A stretch of 64,000 nt of DNA, from NCBI GenBank assembly GCA_040954595.2, contig CM082577.2:310001-374000 (forward strand). The letters are read 5' to 3'. The notes under the pieces were generated by a model. It ran no database searches. It was not told the origin of the DNA and saw only the letters and a program-made list of their open reading frames with translations. The translations under genes were made by a program, and so were the position numbers. This DNA is from Balanoglossus misakiensis (taxonomy: Eukaryota; Animalia; Hemichordata). Below are positions 12,614 to 25,400 of the stretch, one piece after another; positions within the stretch are counted from its first letter, which is position 1, and every line of letters starts with the position of its first letter.

Positions 12614-14988
12614 TCAAGCTCTTCTTAGTTTGTTGACGGCAATGGATTTCTTCACAAGTCGTCTAACTTGTTTGGAAGTTACTGTTTTGCCTTCGTCGAC
12701 TCTGACATCACAGATTGTTGTGGCAGTTTTGGAAGTAGTGCTTGACACTTCGACGTCGCTTTTTGTCTTCCGTTTGGTCGGCGTGACGGTGCTTAATGAG
12801 GATGGCATCAGAACCATCAACGACGTCGGTGATTTCCTTCCTCCCGCCTTGGTACAGCAAGAACGCGGTGACATACTGGGATTGCAAACTGTACAGATTC
12901 CGGTGACAGGACATTTCGATCGTGCCCTGGTCCTGGTGACGTCATCGGCACATTTTCTGCAGGCGGCAATAAATTAAAGTTTATAATTTAGCCAATTAAA
13001 TATGAATGGGAAATAATTTTGACAGAAATGATGTCCAAGAGTTTTCTTTAATGTTATACCCTCCATGTAATGTTTATGCGATCCAGTTTATTTATTGAAC
13101 AAATGTTATGCGATCAAGTCTAACTTTCAGTCAATCTCGATTTTCTAGCGATTTTTGGCTCGTTCTGGTTTGCCTAGTACATGGCTTATCTTATACGATT
13201 TTTAAACAAAATCTTCGAAATATTTACCTTTCATAACTTCGGTGTGCCATTTTAGGTGAACAAGACACACGCGCCACCTTACTTGATGAGGTTGCGGAGA
13301 TGACGTCATCAAGCTTTCTTTTTCTGTGTCCTCCCTTTGATGCTGATATCGGTTCCGTCAAATCCGGCTTGGCCAACTCACTGCGTACGTCTGCCATACT
13401 TTCTAATTCTGCGATTCTCTTGGATTTGTCAGAAATATCTGGCAAGTCACTGCTTCCGACGGTCATGGCTTTGGCAGTCCGTTCTAAAAGGAAAAGAAAA
13501 GAAACATTGCAGATTTAGAGTTGTAGAAGAGAAAGATGTTTTCGTATATTACGCACGTTATGATCTGTGCCACTTCATAGACTTTAAAATGTGAAACTCA
13601 TAAAAACTTACTTCTCTTTTTCAATTTTGTCTCCACTCTTGTTGCCATGGCATCTTCGTCTACTGTTCCTCCCCTTGCGTGGAATTCCTGCATCACTTCG
13701 TGATTCACTTCATCCATCAGTTGTTGGAGCGACATCTCTTCTCTAGCGCCCCCTATGATGACTTTTGACAACAACTTGGCATCCTTCAACGACACATACT
13801 GACCACCAGTAATATGAGCGATAGCCATGAAGAAATCTTTGAATCCCTCGGCGTAAGATCCACAGACAACGCTGTAAAGTGTGATGTTTTTTTCTGCCAT
13901 TTCGCGGGAAATTTTCATTGGGTCGTGACCTTTAGGACATCCTGTAAAAAACACGAACACCTGATTAGGCTCTATTTGCTATTCTATAAAAAAAGCATCT
14001 ATGCAATATATGTCCATCCCGTTGTAATTTGTTTCTGTTATATAATATTTCATTAATGGTGACGTCTTACACATACCTTTTGGAAATCCGTCACCACAGT
14101 TATCCAGACCGTGGGGAGGTGCATCGGCAATCAGAATGCAAACTTTGGTCGCATGGGGGCGCCATTTCAGCTTTACTGCTTGAAACATGCCGTCCGCCAC
14201 CGCTTCCGGGTCCATCACCACCTGAAGATGAAACGCAAGAGCGCATCAAGTTAATATCATTTAAATATTGGTTAATTCCGGAAAAGAGGTGTTTGTGTCA
14301 TAAGTTGTGAAATTGCATTCTAGAATAAAAACTTTGTGAGGGTTTTCTTACCTCCAGATGGGTGCATGTTGTTCATTTGTTTCTGCATGTCTTTCAGAGA
14401 AGGAGTGAAGTCTAACACACGAGTCACAAAAGACCTGTCTTGTGGAGGATGATCTCTGTATTCTACCAGAGCAAGGTGGATGTCAGACATCTCCTTGGCA
14501 ACGATTTCCTCAACGATGCTTTGTATATTCTGCATGTGGATTAGGGGAGAAGATAATTAACAAATCTAGAAGTCGCTTTGCCTTGGGAGTGAAAAGATAT
14601 GTGATTTTTCAACAATGGCGCAATAAATCAATATTTTCACACGCAAATTTCCCTTATGTTGAGCAGCTCTGACTTTTTGAGTTTTTGTTAATAAGTGTCG
14701 ACATTCAGTTTTGAAAGACTTGAATCTACTGAACTGCAAGATACAGAATACTGTGTATCCCAAATTTCACTTGTCATATCGGAGTCATTTTCTGTTCAGT
14801 TCAAGAAATTTTGGCGGATCCGTTAAAAAGACCAATTTCTTCTAGGAACGAACCTTTTTTGCCTCCGTGATCCAGGATCCCATACTTCCAGTACAGTCCA
14901 TTATGAAAGCAAGGTCTAGCACAGAAGCATCATGGTGTTTGAGTAGAGGCTGGGGAACGAAATCAGGGATTTCGATTGCGCCTGGCAT
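12614..14988 (-). CDS. von Willebrand factor A domain protein (vwkA-like VWA, no kinase domain), ~461 aa if the exon-3 frameshift is corrected
   Basis: Exons 14988-14854, 14529-14352, 14221-14077, 13941-13612, 13483-13228, 12956-12614. Motifs LDLAFIMDCTGSM (MIDAS DxSxS-like), LVEYRDHPPQD, GGGD[G]PEAVADG, LIADAPPHG, ITGGQYVSL. Exon 3 is 145 nt between two phase-1 introns, i.e. one base too long. Confidence 0.85.
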
Positions 14989-15113
14989 GTTTCTAGTTTC
15001 TGTTCAATTCGGTTGAAATGAAATTGAAAATATTTCGTTTGCTGTTAGGCGTAGTTGGTCGTTTACCGATCTGTAGTCAGACTTGTTCTGACTTTCGGTT
15101 CGTCTCTGCCAGT

Positions 15114-15286
15114 CTTTTATAGCTCACGCGCCCTATTGTCATGATTGTGTTTCTTTCGTCTTGTGCGGACACGTCTCTTCGTGTTGCTAAAAATAGCCGA
15201 ACAAATGAGGTCATCGCGGGGCGAGTTTGAACATGCTCGGCTGATCGTCGATGTTTCCCTCTAGGTGGCGCAGTTCTGTGACGTCA
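15114..15286 (-). promoter_or_regulatory. Putative promoter of the VWA gene: TATA box, MEF2 site, CTCF-like site, CRE
   Basis: TATAAAAG on the minus strand at 15121-15114 (~126 nt upstream of the ATG); CTAAAAATAG at 15187-15196; CCCTCTAGGTGGCGC at 15257-15271; TGACGTCA at 15279-15286. Motif matches only. Confidence 0.5.
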
Positions 15287-16462
15287 CATACTGGGGTTAC
15301 TAGTTCATCGTATATGAGTACATGTGTACATGTATCGTGAAATCATGTTACTACACGAAGGATAAGATATTCTTTTCGTGGCTATTTATGAGTACACATC
15401 TGGAGTGAATATATCAACACATCTAAAAAGTTAATGCGTTTCTTTGTTTGGAACCAGTGTTTGAGTGTAGGCCGGGGCATTTTCTCCGCTGAGATATTTG
15501 CGCTGGTGCAGTGCAATCTGAGATGTTGCACTAGACCTTGAATAATATTTAACATTCACTCACAACACACAAGATAACTTTGACAGAATGTATTTCATGC
15601 AAAAAAAACCCACCAAATTAGTCATTGTTCATTTGAAAGAAATGCTGCCTTCTCCGAGAAGAACTACATGTACTTCCAGATGTACATACTATCTGCCGGG
15701 TGCGACGCAGGCCTACTTCGCACACGCTTTCGTCTGAATTTTTTTTCGACGTACCATAACCTTGCTGACGTACAGTCGACAGTTTTTAATCAATATAATT
15801 AAACTTTAAATTTACAAGTTTCGAGAAAAAATGACAGAAAAATATTACTTACAGTAAATGATGTGCGCAATGGGGACTGCAGGCCAGGAGAAAAGGCACC
15901 ATCGATTTTCCTCAAGTCACTTTCCATGTCCAATGGTCTTATGTATACAGTCTTCCAGTCCATATCGTCACAGTCATCACCTTCACTTTCACTTGGGTGT
16001 CGGAAATTGCTCTGGGTAATGAACACGTCGCTGTTGTCACTACTTTCATGAGTCATGGTGTTTGTCCGTCAAAGATTGAGTCCCGAGTGATGGAAACGTG
16101 GCACCTCACTGACCATCTGACAAATGCGCTGGCTGACAACTATCCAATCAAAATGTGTCATTCACCAGTTTCATTTTGTGAATCTTGTGATTGGTTGGTG
16201 TGATTGAGAAGTTGTTTAGCATACTAAGATTTCAATGGAAAACATAACGGGCTATGCGCGAACGTCAACACTAATGCGAGAAACGAAAGCATCTCCTCTT
16301 AGTAGTGTTGAGGGCAATCGTTTGGAAGCGACAGAAAGGGGACCAGAGAGCAACCGGAAATCCGGATACAGGTACGTCTGGAGACGGATATTCTGATAAC
16401 TCAGGATCTCATAACTGAGGTATACCTTGCGCTGCTGCAGTCGGGGGTTTTGTTTTGACAAA

Positions 16463-19400
16463 ATGTCCGAAGATACGAGGAGAAGTCGGAAACGGCGTCG
16501 CTGTGATTTGGGGGAAACGTCAGTACGGTCTTCCAGTGACGAGGAATCTGCCTCAGGAGCAAGTTCCTCCGGGAGCGAACGTCATCGCCACCGCTCAGGA
16601 ATATCAGTGAACTATGTCTTCAGTCGTGGAGCGTCAACCATTTCTGTGTTAACTGAATCATACGCGAGGGTCTCTGGTGACGACGAAGAAAACAATGTTT
16701 CAAGCGTCGAGGCTGATGACGAGTCAGGTAAGATTGTGTTGTGGTTGATGAACTTTGTGTTCCACGTTTAGAAAACAACGGAAATGATTGCAAAGGTTAA
16801 AGTGATTATTCCAGGTGATAAATTCCGACTGTAAATCGTATATAATAGCACCACAACGTGCATGTTTGATTATTGCATGCACAGCAATAATGCAAATAGC
16901 TTGCCAGCACCAGCCCCTACACCGAAAACACAGGTCGTTTATACCTGATATCGCATTATCACGGTTTAGTTTTTGGTCAATAATTTTTGAGGTACTGGTA
17001 GGGAATCGAGGAACTCAAATCAACGGTTCTGAGATGTTGTGGATCTCTTGGAAAATATTTATATATATAAATATAATTTTACAGCTACTTTAGAGGAGTT
17101 AGATGCAAGGCTAGGGAGCTGGAACTTCAAATCTGTATTTTCAAAGCACATCGCCATATTGAATATTGTGACGTCACGTACTTGGCATAGCGCCAAACCG
17201 TTACTTGTTTGGGGTGAGGCTTATAAAGTGGTCAATAAGTAGTCTGGTGTAGACATATGCATAGACAGGACTAGATCCCTGTAACACACGTAAGCAAGCC
17301 GAAAACAACGAGCAATCATGGGACAGGCACATCCAGGGGAACTCAATTCTCGACAATTTTCACTGAATTTGGAACAAAAGAGAGGAGAACTGAAAAAGAT
17401 AAGATTTGGTAAGTCTGGTTTAGTGTGCTCACAGTGGCTGTTCATCCCTCTACAGTTGTATATATGCACATACTTGCGCTCCAAAGAGTTTGCCATGGGA
17501 CTGTGTGTGTCGTTATGTAGACCGCGATCCTGCCAAATTAATAGGTTCTGAGTTGTGCAAACCATGATTCTGGTTTGAACTTTGAACATCTCTGGTGGTT
17601 AAACGGTTTTAACCGTGTACGTTTAAATGTACTGTCAGTACTGAGTCTATTTTAAATAGGTCACACATATAGAGATATGTTGTTGAAAACAGCTGTTATG
17701 GCTGACTGCATGCACTTTTGCTTTGTGGTGTTGTTGACATTTTTGCATTCACTACCCTTATATGTCACTAAAAGCGCTAGACATTACTAAACTTTTGTTG
17801 TTAGATGTTGTTTTGTTCCCTGTATATGGGTTGATTTTATGATTAGAAACCTGACACTAGTCTTGTTCAGATCTTGTTTATAATCTGACAAGGTTTTGAT
17901 TTAGTACTAGTAAGTAGTATTGTGGTCTGGCGAGAGTTAAAGACGTTTCAGATTTCAGATGTGCACATTAGATATGAACATTTCGAGCATCATTAGACTG
18001 TCACCTGCATGCATTCAGTACCAGCTGGCTTTTGGCAGGTGCTTGCTGACACATTATGCTAATTATAGAGGAGGACACAAGTAGCCTAGTGTACAATATT
18101 CTGCACTAGTTCAGGACTGCAGGGTTTTAAATGTCTGTTCGTCTTTTACTCCCTTCTCTGAAAAACAGACGTAGAGTGGCAGTGGGAAACACCCCTGGTG
18201 TTGAATACCGGTGGCCCCGCAGTGCGTTCCAATGTGAAGTGCGACAACCGAGAAGTGTGGTTCCATCGAGAGTACAGCTGTGGCACAGCCGCTGCAAGGG
18301 GCAGCCAGCCCATCGCTGATGGCCAGCACTACTGGGAAATCAAGATGATGTCACCTGTGTATGGCACAGACATGGTGAGGATAAAACATTCATCTCAGTG
18401 TGAAACTGTAAAAGAAGTTCAAAAAGTCAGTTCTCAGTTTTTACAGCAAACCCGACGTTCGTCTCTGGGACTTCCTCTGGTTTCACAAAATATTCAATAA
18501 ACATTTGAAAGGGGATATCTGAATGCTGATGAGATTGTCAGTGATTGATTGGCTGCATTTTATCTTGCTTTCCCAACTACGTATTATTCTATCAGATTAT
18601 TCCCGCAGATAATTCTTTGTCTAAATTGCGACCCTGGGAAGATGCAGATACATACACTTTGCTACTTCCCTCTACGACAGACACGTGATACATAGTCAGC
18701 TATCAGCGGCTTGTAGGTCTAGGTCTGGGGAGTAAATTTACACTAGTACTCAGCACAGAAGTATATTTCCCAAAATATCAGATTTACAACTGTAGCTCCA
18801 CAAGAGTAATTCTGGATTATGAAAAAGTCTACCCTTCACGAGATAAACAAGTGCTCGGCCTTCATACAATAACTCATGCCGGTAGCCTGGATTCATACAT
18901 AAGTGCATTAATATGTAAATAAAACTTATAACAGGTCACCTTATACTTTTTTTGACCTCAATGTATTTTTATCCCACAGATGATTGGTGTGTGCACCGAT
19001 GACCTTGATCTCAACAAATGCACCCACAAGTTCTGCAGTTTACTGGGACAGGACGGGGAGAGTTGGGGGCTGTCCTACACCGGCATAATCCAACACAATG
19101 GAGTCTCTGAGGCCTACTGCCCCAAATTTGGCCAGAACGCGGTGATAGGGGTCCACCTGGACATGTGGGCAGGGACTCTTTCGTATTATAAAAATGGACG
19201 ACCCTTGGGTAAGTCTGTGTTTAGTACCAGTAAGTGGATATCATAAAATAAGGAAAAAAACAGGAACTGGATCCGAACGTTTACGCTGCATCCTCATTCC
19301 ACAGCGAATGTTTTGTCTGAAGATGGACATCTCTTAATTCAGCTGCTGGCTTCGCTGAGTGACTGACCAGTGATCTTTAATTGCATCCACATGGTGTTGT

Positions 19401-20089
19401 TTTGGTCCCTGAGAAGGTCGCGACCTTCTGACCACTGACTTCCTGTGGATCTCTTCGCAATTTGCTGTGTTGGTGAAGGTTTTCACACAGTTCTTGAGTC
19501 AGATGTTTAGAATGTTTACTTGGCAGAAATTCCTAGATAACATTTTGCTGTGGACTTGAAACTTGTTATTAGTATTGATTAAAAACAATGAATTAATTCT
19601 TTATTTAGTGATATAAAAGTGTAACCGTTTCCTGGGTTCTATCCTGGAAGTGGGTGAAAAAAACAGGAAAGTGACAAATGACGTGGCATTGTAACCTATC
19701 TACATATAATCAAGTTCATTGACATTTTTTGATCTGTTTGTGTGTCTTGCACAGGAGTGGCTGCCAGGGGTCTCCAAGGTAAAAAGCTCTACCCAGTGGT
19801 GTGTTCGACAGCTGCCCGAACAGGAATGAAAATTGTAAAAACTCGTAGCTTTCCGTCCTCCTTGCAGTTCCTCTGCTGTGAAAGACTGCGCAAATGCATA
19901 CCGAAGCACATGAAAGTGTCGTCGGTGTTGGAACTGCCACCGGGACTACGGCATTTCTTGCGGGACAACCTCAGCTGGCTCTTGGACACCACTGCCAGAC
20001 GGGAGCAAGGCTGCAGTACCTGCACCACAGGCACTCAGACAAACATTACTTTCGATGATATAACACATGTGAGAGGATCGCGGGAGTGA
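16463..20089 (+). CDS. SPSB3: SPRY domain-containing SOCS box protein 3 (~344 aa)
   Basis: Exons 16463-16727, 18169-18374, 18980-19208, 19755-20089 (phases 1,0,1). SPSB3-type SPRY motifs [83 protein letters not shown], then a SOCS box [12 protein letters not shown]...LELPPGL. Ser/acidic N-terminus. Confidence 0.93.
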
Positions 20090-21910
20090 GGGATTTTGCA
20101 ACTAAGTGTGATTTTTTCTCTGCTGGCTATCACAGAACTGTGCCACGTTGTTGACCTTTCGAGAAAAAAAATCTGCTGAAATTGTTGCAGAGGAATCCGC
20201 ATTCTGCTACCAGTTGGTTTTTTTTGGTTTCGAAGAAGAGGTTAAGAGCTTAACATCACTTATTTCAACCAGTTCCAGGGATGAAATTCCTTTCAGAAAC
20301 ATTTACAAAGATCTGGATATTCACCCTGGGCATTATTCAAGATTTATCCTTGCACATTGTAAGCCCAAAACCAGGCGAAAATTAACGGAAGAGAGAGCCA
20401 TGACATTTTTGTGAAAATGTTTGTTACATTTTGTTGAGAGATATTTTGCATGTGGTGATATGGTATATCGTGACATCAATTATGCAGGTGTAGAAAATTC
20501 CATAGAGGCAACAACTCTCCAAAATTCCAAAACAGCAGGCTTCCAAAGACAGACCTGTACAATGACAAACATGTCAGATCTTGAACTTTCTTTCACAACG
20601 TAAAAAAGACAAAGAACATTTTCTTGTAAATATTCATGTATATAAAATATATATTCACCAAGTCTACAGAAAAGTTTATAGCACAGAATGTTGCAGCGAC
20701 TGTACTAGTAACTACTAGACAACTATTTTTTCAACGCACATCATCATGAGACAAAGTCGGAATAGGAAACTTTGTCATGAAGGTGTATGATGTAAACCCT
20801 TCACTTCATAAATCATGTTTTAATTATGTGTTTGCTATCAAAAAATAGCACAGCAATCAATGTTGGTCATTCCTGGCTCTAAATGACATTATTCAAATCT
20901 GGAAAAAAAGAAAAGGGTGACGTCTACCGTAACACAGAAAAATGTACAGCCCTTACATGTATATAAAAAGACACCGACATGGTGTTTTTCAGACCATTCC
21001 TGTGACTTTTAGCATTGATAGAGACGTGTGTCCATGATGTATTTCTGGAGAATTTTTAAAATGGATTTTTCTGTTTTAGACAATGCTTTATTTGCTTATA
21101 ACTGGTTTCAGATGACACACTGATAGCTCCTATGATATGTCACATTTGAGTTATTTGTACCAACTAAAGGAACAGTGTCAAAATGTCATTAAAACTTGTA
21201 CTGTCAATATAAATCTGTAGTGTGCTGCATTTTGTTTGTGTGTGTGAGCACATGCATGCCTGGCCTTGGTGTCATTTCCCCACTATTAATTATCTACATG
21301 CTAGTTGCAGAGTGTCACACCTGGTTCTCGCAGCCAAATACATGTTTGCACAATTTTATTTGATCTTGATAAAATGACATCTGAAGGAGACGAGCCACTG
21401 ATTTTATAATCAGCTGCAATCACTGATTTTACTTCCACAATCAAGGTCAGGACGTGATGGAATGGAACCAGAAACAGATCTGGTCTCTGCAAACATAACA
21501 TCTTCAGCCCAGCCTTGTTTGTGTTTTACACATTTGCGGAGGAACTCCAGAACAAAAATGTACCCACCAGAGGTTTATTAACAGATAGCTACATCACATT
21601 ATCAAAAGCCTAGTGTGACCTCTGATTAAAAATAGCTTCAAGTGGTGGAGTGAAGATTGTGGGTCAAAGTTTAAACTGAAGGATTCAAATTGCTGGGTAG
21701 TGGTTGCTACGCAGATTTTGCAACAATATCATACAATATTCCTGAAAAGCGTGATTTTCTTATCTTTGATTCATGTCTTGTAGAATTCTACCAGAATTAG
21801 GCAACTGAAAATCCACATTGGAATAAGACTTTGCTTGGTGGAGCAGTGTGTGTTTGGCATACATTGACAGCAACCTACACAAACAGTGAATCCTTCAGTA
21901 TTGCATTCAA

Positions 21911-22003
21911 TTAACCCTTCTCCACCACCATGGTTTGGTCCAAATCCATTGTTTTCTATGGTATAGTTGGACCTCTGTACAGGAGAAAGGGGTGACAGGT
22001 TGA
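21911..22003 (+). mobile_element. Short MITE-like repeat, TTAA-CCC start and GGTT(G)A end (piggyBac-like ends); partial copies elsewhere in the window
   Basis: TTAACCCTTCTCCACCACCATGGTTTGGTCC...GGGGTGACAGGTTGA. Related pieces at 26377-26405 (reverse strand), 39346-39366 (TTAACCCTTTCACCACCATGG) and, more diverged, ~56684-56757. Confidence 0.55.
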
Positions 22004-22423
22004 CTGATGTGGGTGACTTTGAGCTGCCATAATCAGGACCCTGGGAATCATAAACCAATGTTACTGGGTTGACATGTTTGCTTTCAGGGGCAAATATCAC
22101 TGCATCCTGTCAGTACCAGATCTAGTTCTGGTGTTTGTGATGATGTACTTAAAAGTTTAATGAGTTTCACCCATGTTTTAGGGGTTGGAATTTGCTCACA
22201 ATAGGAGATGTCAAATTTTTATAGACAACGTGACATATCTTAGTTTTCTTATTGGCACAATAGAACAACCCAGGGATTATTCAAAATCTGTAATCACAAA
22301 CCATTAATCTAATCAAGTCAGTTCTTGATTGTTACACCAGGGCGAAGTCATGCCATCAGATTATTAAGACAGTAGGTTTAGAATTCTTGACACTTTGGCC
22401 ACTTACTGAAAAATCACCCCACA

Positions 22424-25400
22424 TTATCTGCTGTGCAGAACAAAGTCGCCATCATCACTGGTCATATAGAGGTAGACTCTACGCGACAACTCTGGTCCAA
22501 CACGTCGGCTTGTTGCTAGTACTCCAGCTCCTCTTCGAACCTATGAAATGCACACAGACAAAGATTGTTTTGGCTTTTAGTGTCAAATTTGCATTTTCTT
22601 GGCTCTGCCAAAAAGGCAGCCTTTAAACCAGCAGAAGTAGGACAACTTGACAGAATGACTGACTCTGTGATCGAGATCATTGGAATCATTCTGGGCTGAA
22701 TTAAAGAGAAATTTGCACAAAGCATCGAGAAGGAACTGCAAATCTGCTGATGTTCATACAATCTGCACGCAAACAGCCGATATACAGGTCAAAGTTTGTT
22801 AACCCCACCCCAGTCCTAAAGAGAATGTTTGCCTACCCTATTGTGTGGCCAAGAATACATTAGAATCATGTGACCTGTCTGCCCCAATCAGTTATTCAGA
22901 CCACCCTATATCAGCACCCAAGGGCGTGTATTAACTGGTTTGTATATGGGTTTAGTCTGTGTACTGGAACAGCCTGGTACAAGTATGATGTAATCTGCAT
23001 GTCCAGTAATAGCCAAAGGTATACTCATGGTCTCATGATCAATAGTGGTGGGGGGGGGGGGGAGGGTCATTTGCGGTTAATGTAATGTGTGACATGACGT
23101 ACAAAGCAACCTGGTCAGTTCCCGTCAACAATTGTTTGTCAACAATTACTCATGTTTGTTTCCTGCCTTACTGATTTTATTTATTTTGTTGTCATGGCTA
23201 AAACAATACTTTGTTGACGTACATACATCATTGTACTTGACTGACACACTTTGAGTTCAGTGGCCATTTAACCAAAATTGATGGGGGTCCTCTCACCATA
23301 ATTTAAACTGATAACTCTACACCAGCAGCATAAATTACAATATACACCATGATAAAAAATGAAAAGTTACTTTTCTACATTTCACATTACCAAGTTAATA
23401 TGATACAAAATGTATTGGTTGGCTAATGTTTCACTTACCACTATGTCTTGCAAGATTTTTTCACCTTCTTTTATGCTGGAACATTTCCGATATGCCTGAG
23501 AAGATAAATTCCATGTTTGGCAATTACACATTACATAAATTTATACATTGATTAATAAACACAGCTATTTAAGACAAGCCATAAGAGAATTCCATACACT
23601 GCAGTATTATGGAAAGTACAATGTTTCTCAGAAGTTTTTTTTTTTTTCTTATTGATTGTTTATGTCGTACATGTTGATCATAAACTGGGGAATGGATGTG
23701 AAAAGGCAACAAACCAACATGATCAAAAACACTTTCGGTTGTGTTGGTACTTTGTGATAATAATGAAAGTTGTTTACATGTTTATGAAAAAAATCACCAG
23801 GCAGAAAGAAAAGAAAGTGGCAGCCTCAAGGTTGTTTGTGTTCCTATACAATAGTTACGCAGTCAAAATAATGCTCTCAGATGTCATCAGAGAACGACAT
23901 TTAAAAGAGAAAGTAAAAAGCAAAGAGTCCAGAGGTCAAAAGTGCAGTTCGGCTGAATAACTGTGACGTTCAGCGAGTGCTGTGTTGTGATATCACTGAA
24001 ATGTATGATGTACATTTACGTGACAGCCTACAATAGCATACATGTGATGACTCACACGGCTAGAGTCAACCTGATCAACTATAGAAGAAATCTAAGACTT
24101 TCAATATCACTGATGACGTCCCATTGACTGTTTTGAACGACAGTGTGTCACCTACAACCTTAAGGCTTAATAACACAAAATTTGGCGGTGGCAGGATTTA
24201 TGTCAACAAAAGATAGACATGATGATACCACCGGCAAAAATTGCCCTGTCAACAAACATGACCATGGTTTGGCCAGGGATGGAGGTCATTTTTCTTTCAA
24301 ACTGATAAAATCTCTGTCATTGAAAATCAGCCAATGCCATAGTTAGAAATCCTTTTGATTTGGTGATATATGCTGGTACATTAACTGCGAAGTGGTTTAA
24401 GGCCCCAGAAGCTACATATTTTTATGTTGCTTTTCATTCATGCCCGGGATTGCACTCAATTTTACCTAAATAAATTCACCGTCAGTGAGTTTAAACTTAG
24501 GTTATACCATCATATATTTTCCTGCACTCCCTGGCCGTGGCTAGATCCTGTTTCCCACTGGCTACAAACTTTGTCAACTGCCGGTGGTTTTTTGCACAGC
24601 GCCCCCAAACTAACATTTTGACAATTCTACCTTTTTCATGAGTTAAAGGGCCTAAACCGACATCTTAACAGTACAACACCACAATCAAGGCTGTCATTGC
24701 GGATAATTTCCTGAACGAATATGAAGAGAAGACACAAAAAAGCCATTTTTTACCTGTAGAAGCAGCTGAGGTGACGGGTAAACTGAGACGATAGCAGAAG
24801 CCACATCCACACTCACATTACGAAACTGCTGTAACTGCTGCCGCCAGACTTTTAACAAACCTTTCCCATCCTTGTCAACTTTGACCCCACCAGCCCATTC
24901 CGTTGAGACATGGAATGAAAATAATCCCTTGTCTCTTTCTCTCCTGTCATGGAAAGAAAATAATTATTCAACAGCAGTTCCAATCCCAGAATGACGACAC
25001 CCACCCCTCTACTGTCTATCGTTCTGTTGTTCCCGGTAATCAATGACCTTCACAGTCCATCTGGATGTCAAACTTACTTGAAAGGAATTTCAGCCACAGC
25101 TTTTGTGAACATTGCAATCAGCTCTGCAGCCTCGGACATAGTCTCTGTAAATCTCACATTGCACTGTACATGTAACTGTAGATCAACCAATGCCTGTGTG
25201 AAAGTAATAATCAGTTATCATGACATTTTCAAACACAAAAGTTTTGTTCAAGAGAAAAACTTGACACTACAGAAAACATTGTTGACAAAGACACAATCTT
25301 GTCCTCACCTCTTCCATGTCAACTCTACTGATTCTCAGATTTACTGCACTCTTCTTTTTCCTTTTTCCTTTCTTTTCTTCCTCTTCCTCTCCAAGAACAG

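Noticed and set aside
12630-12977. 115-aa plus-strand ORF and other plus-strand ORFs at 13300-14672
   Set aside because: Antisense shadows of VWA exons.
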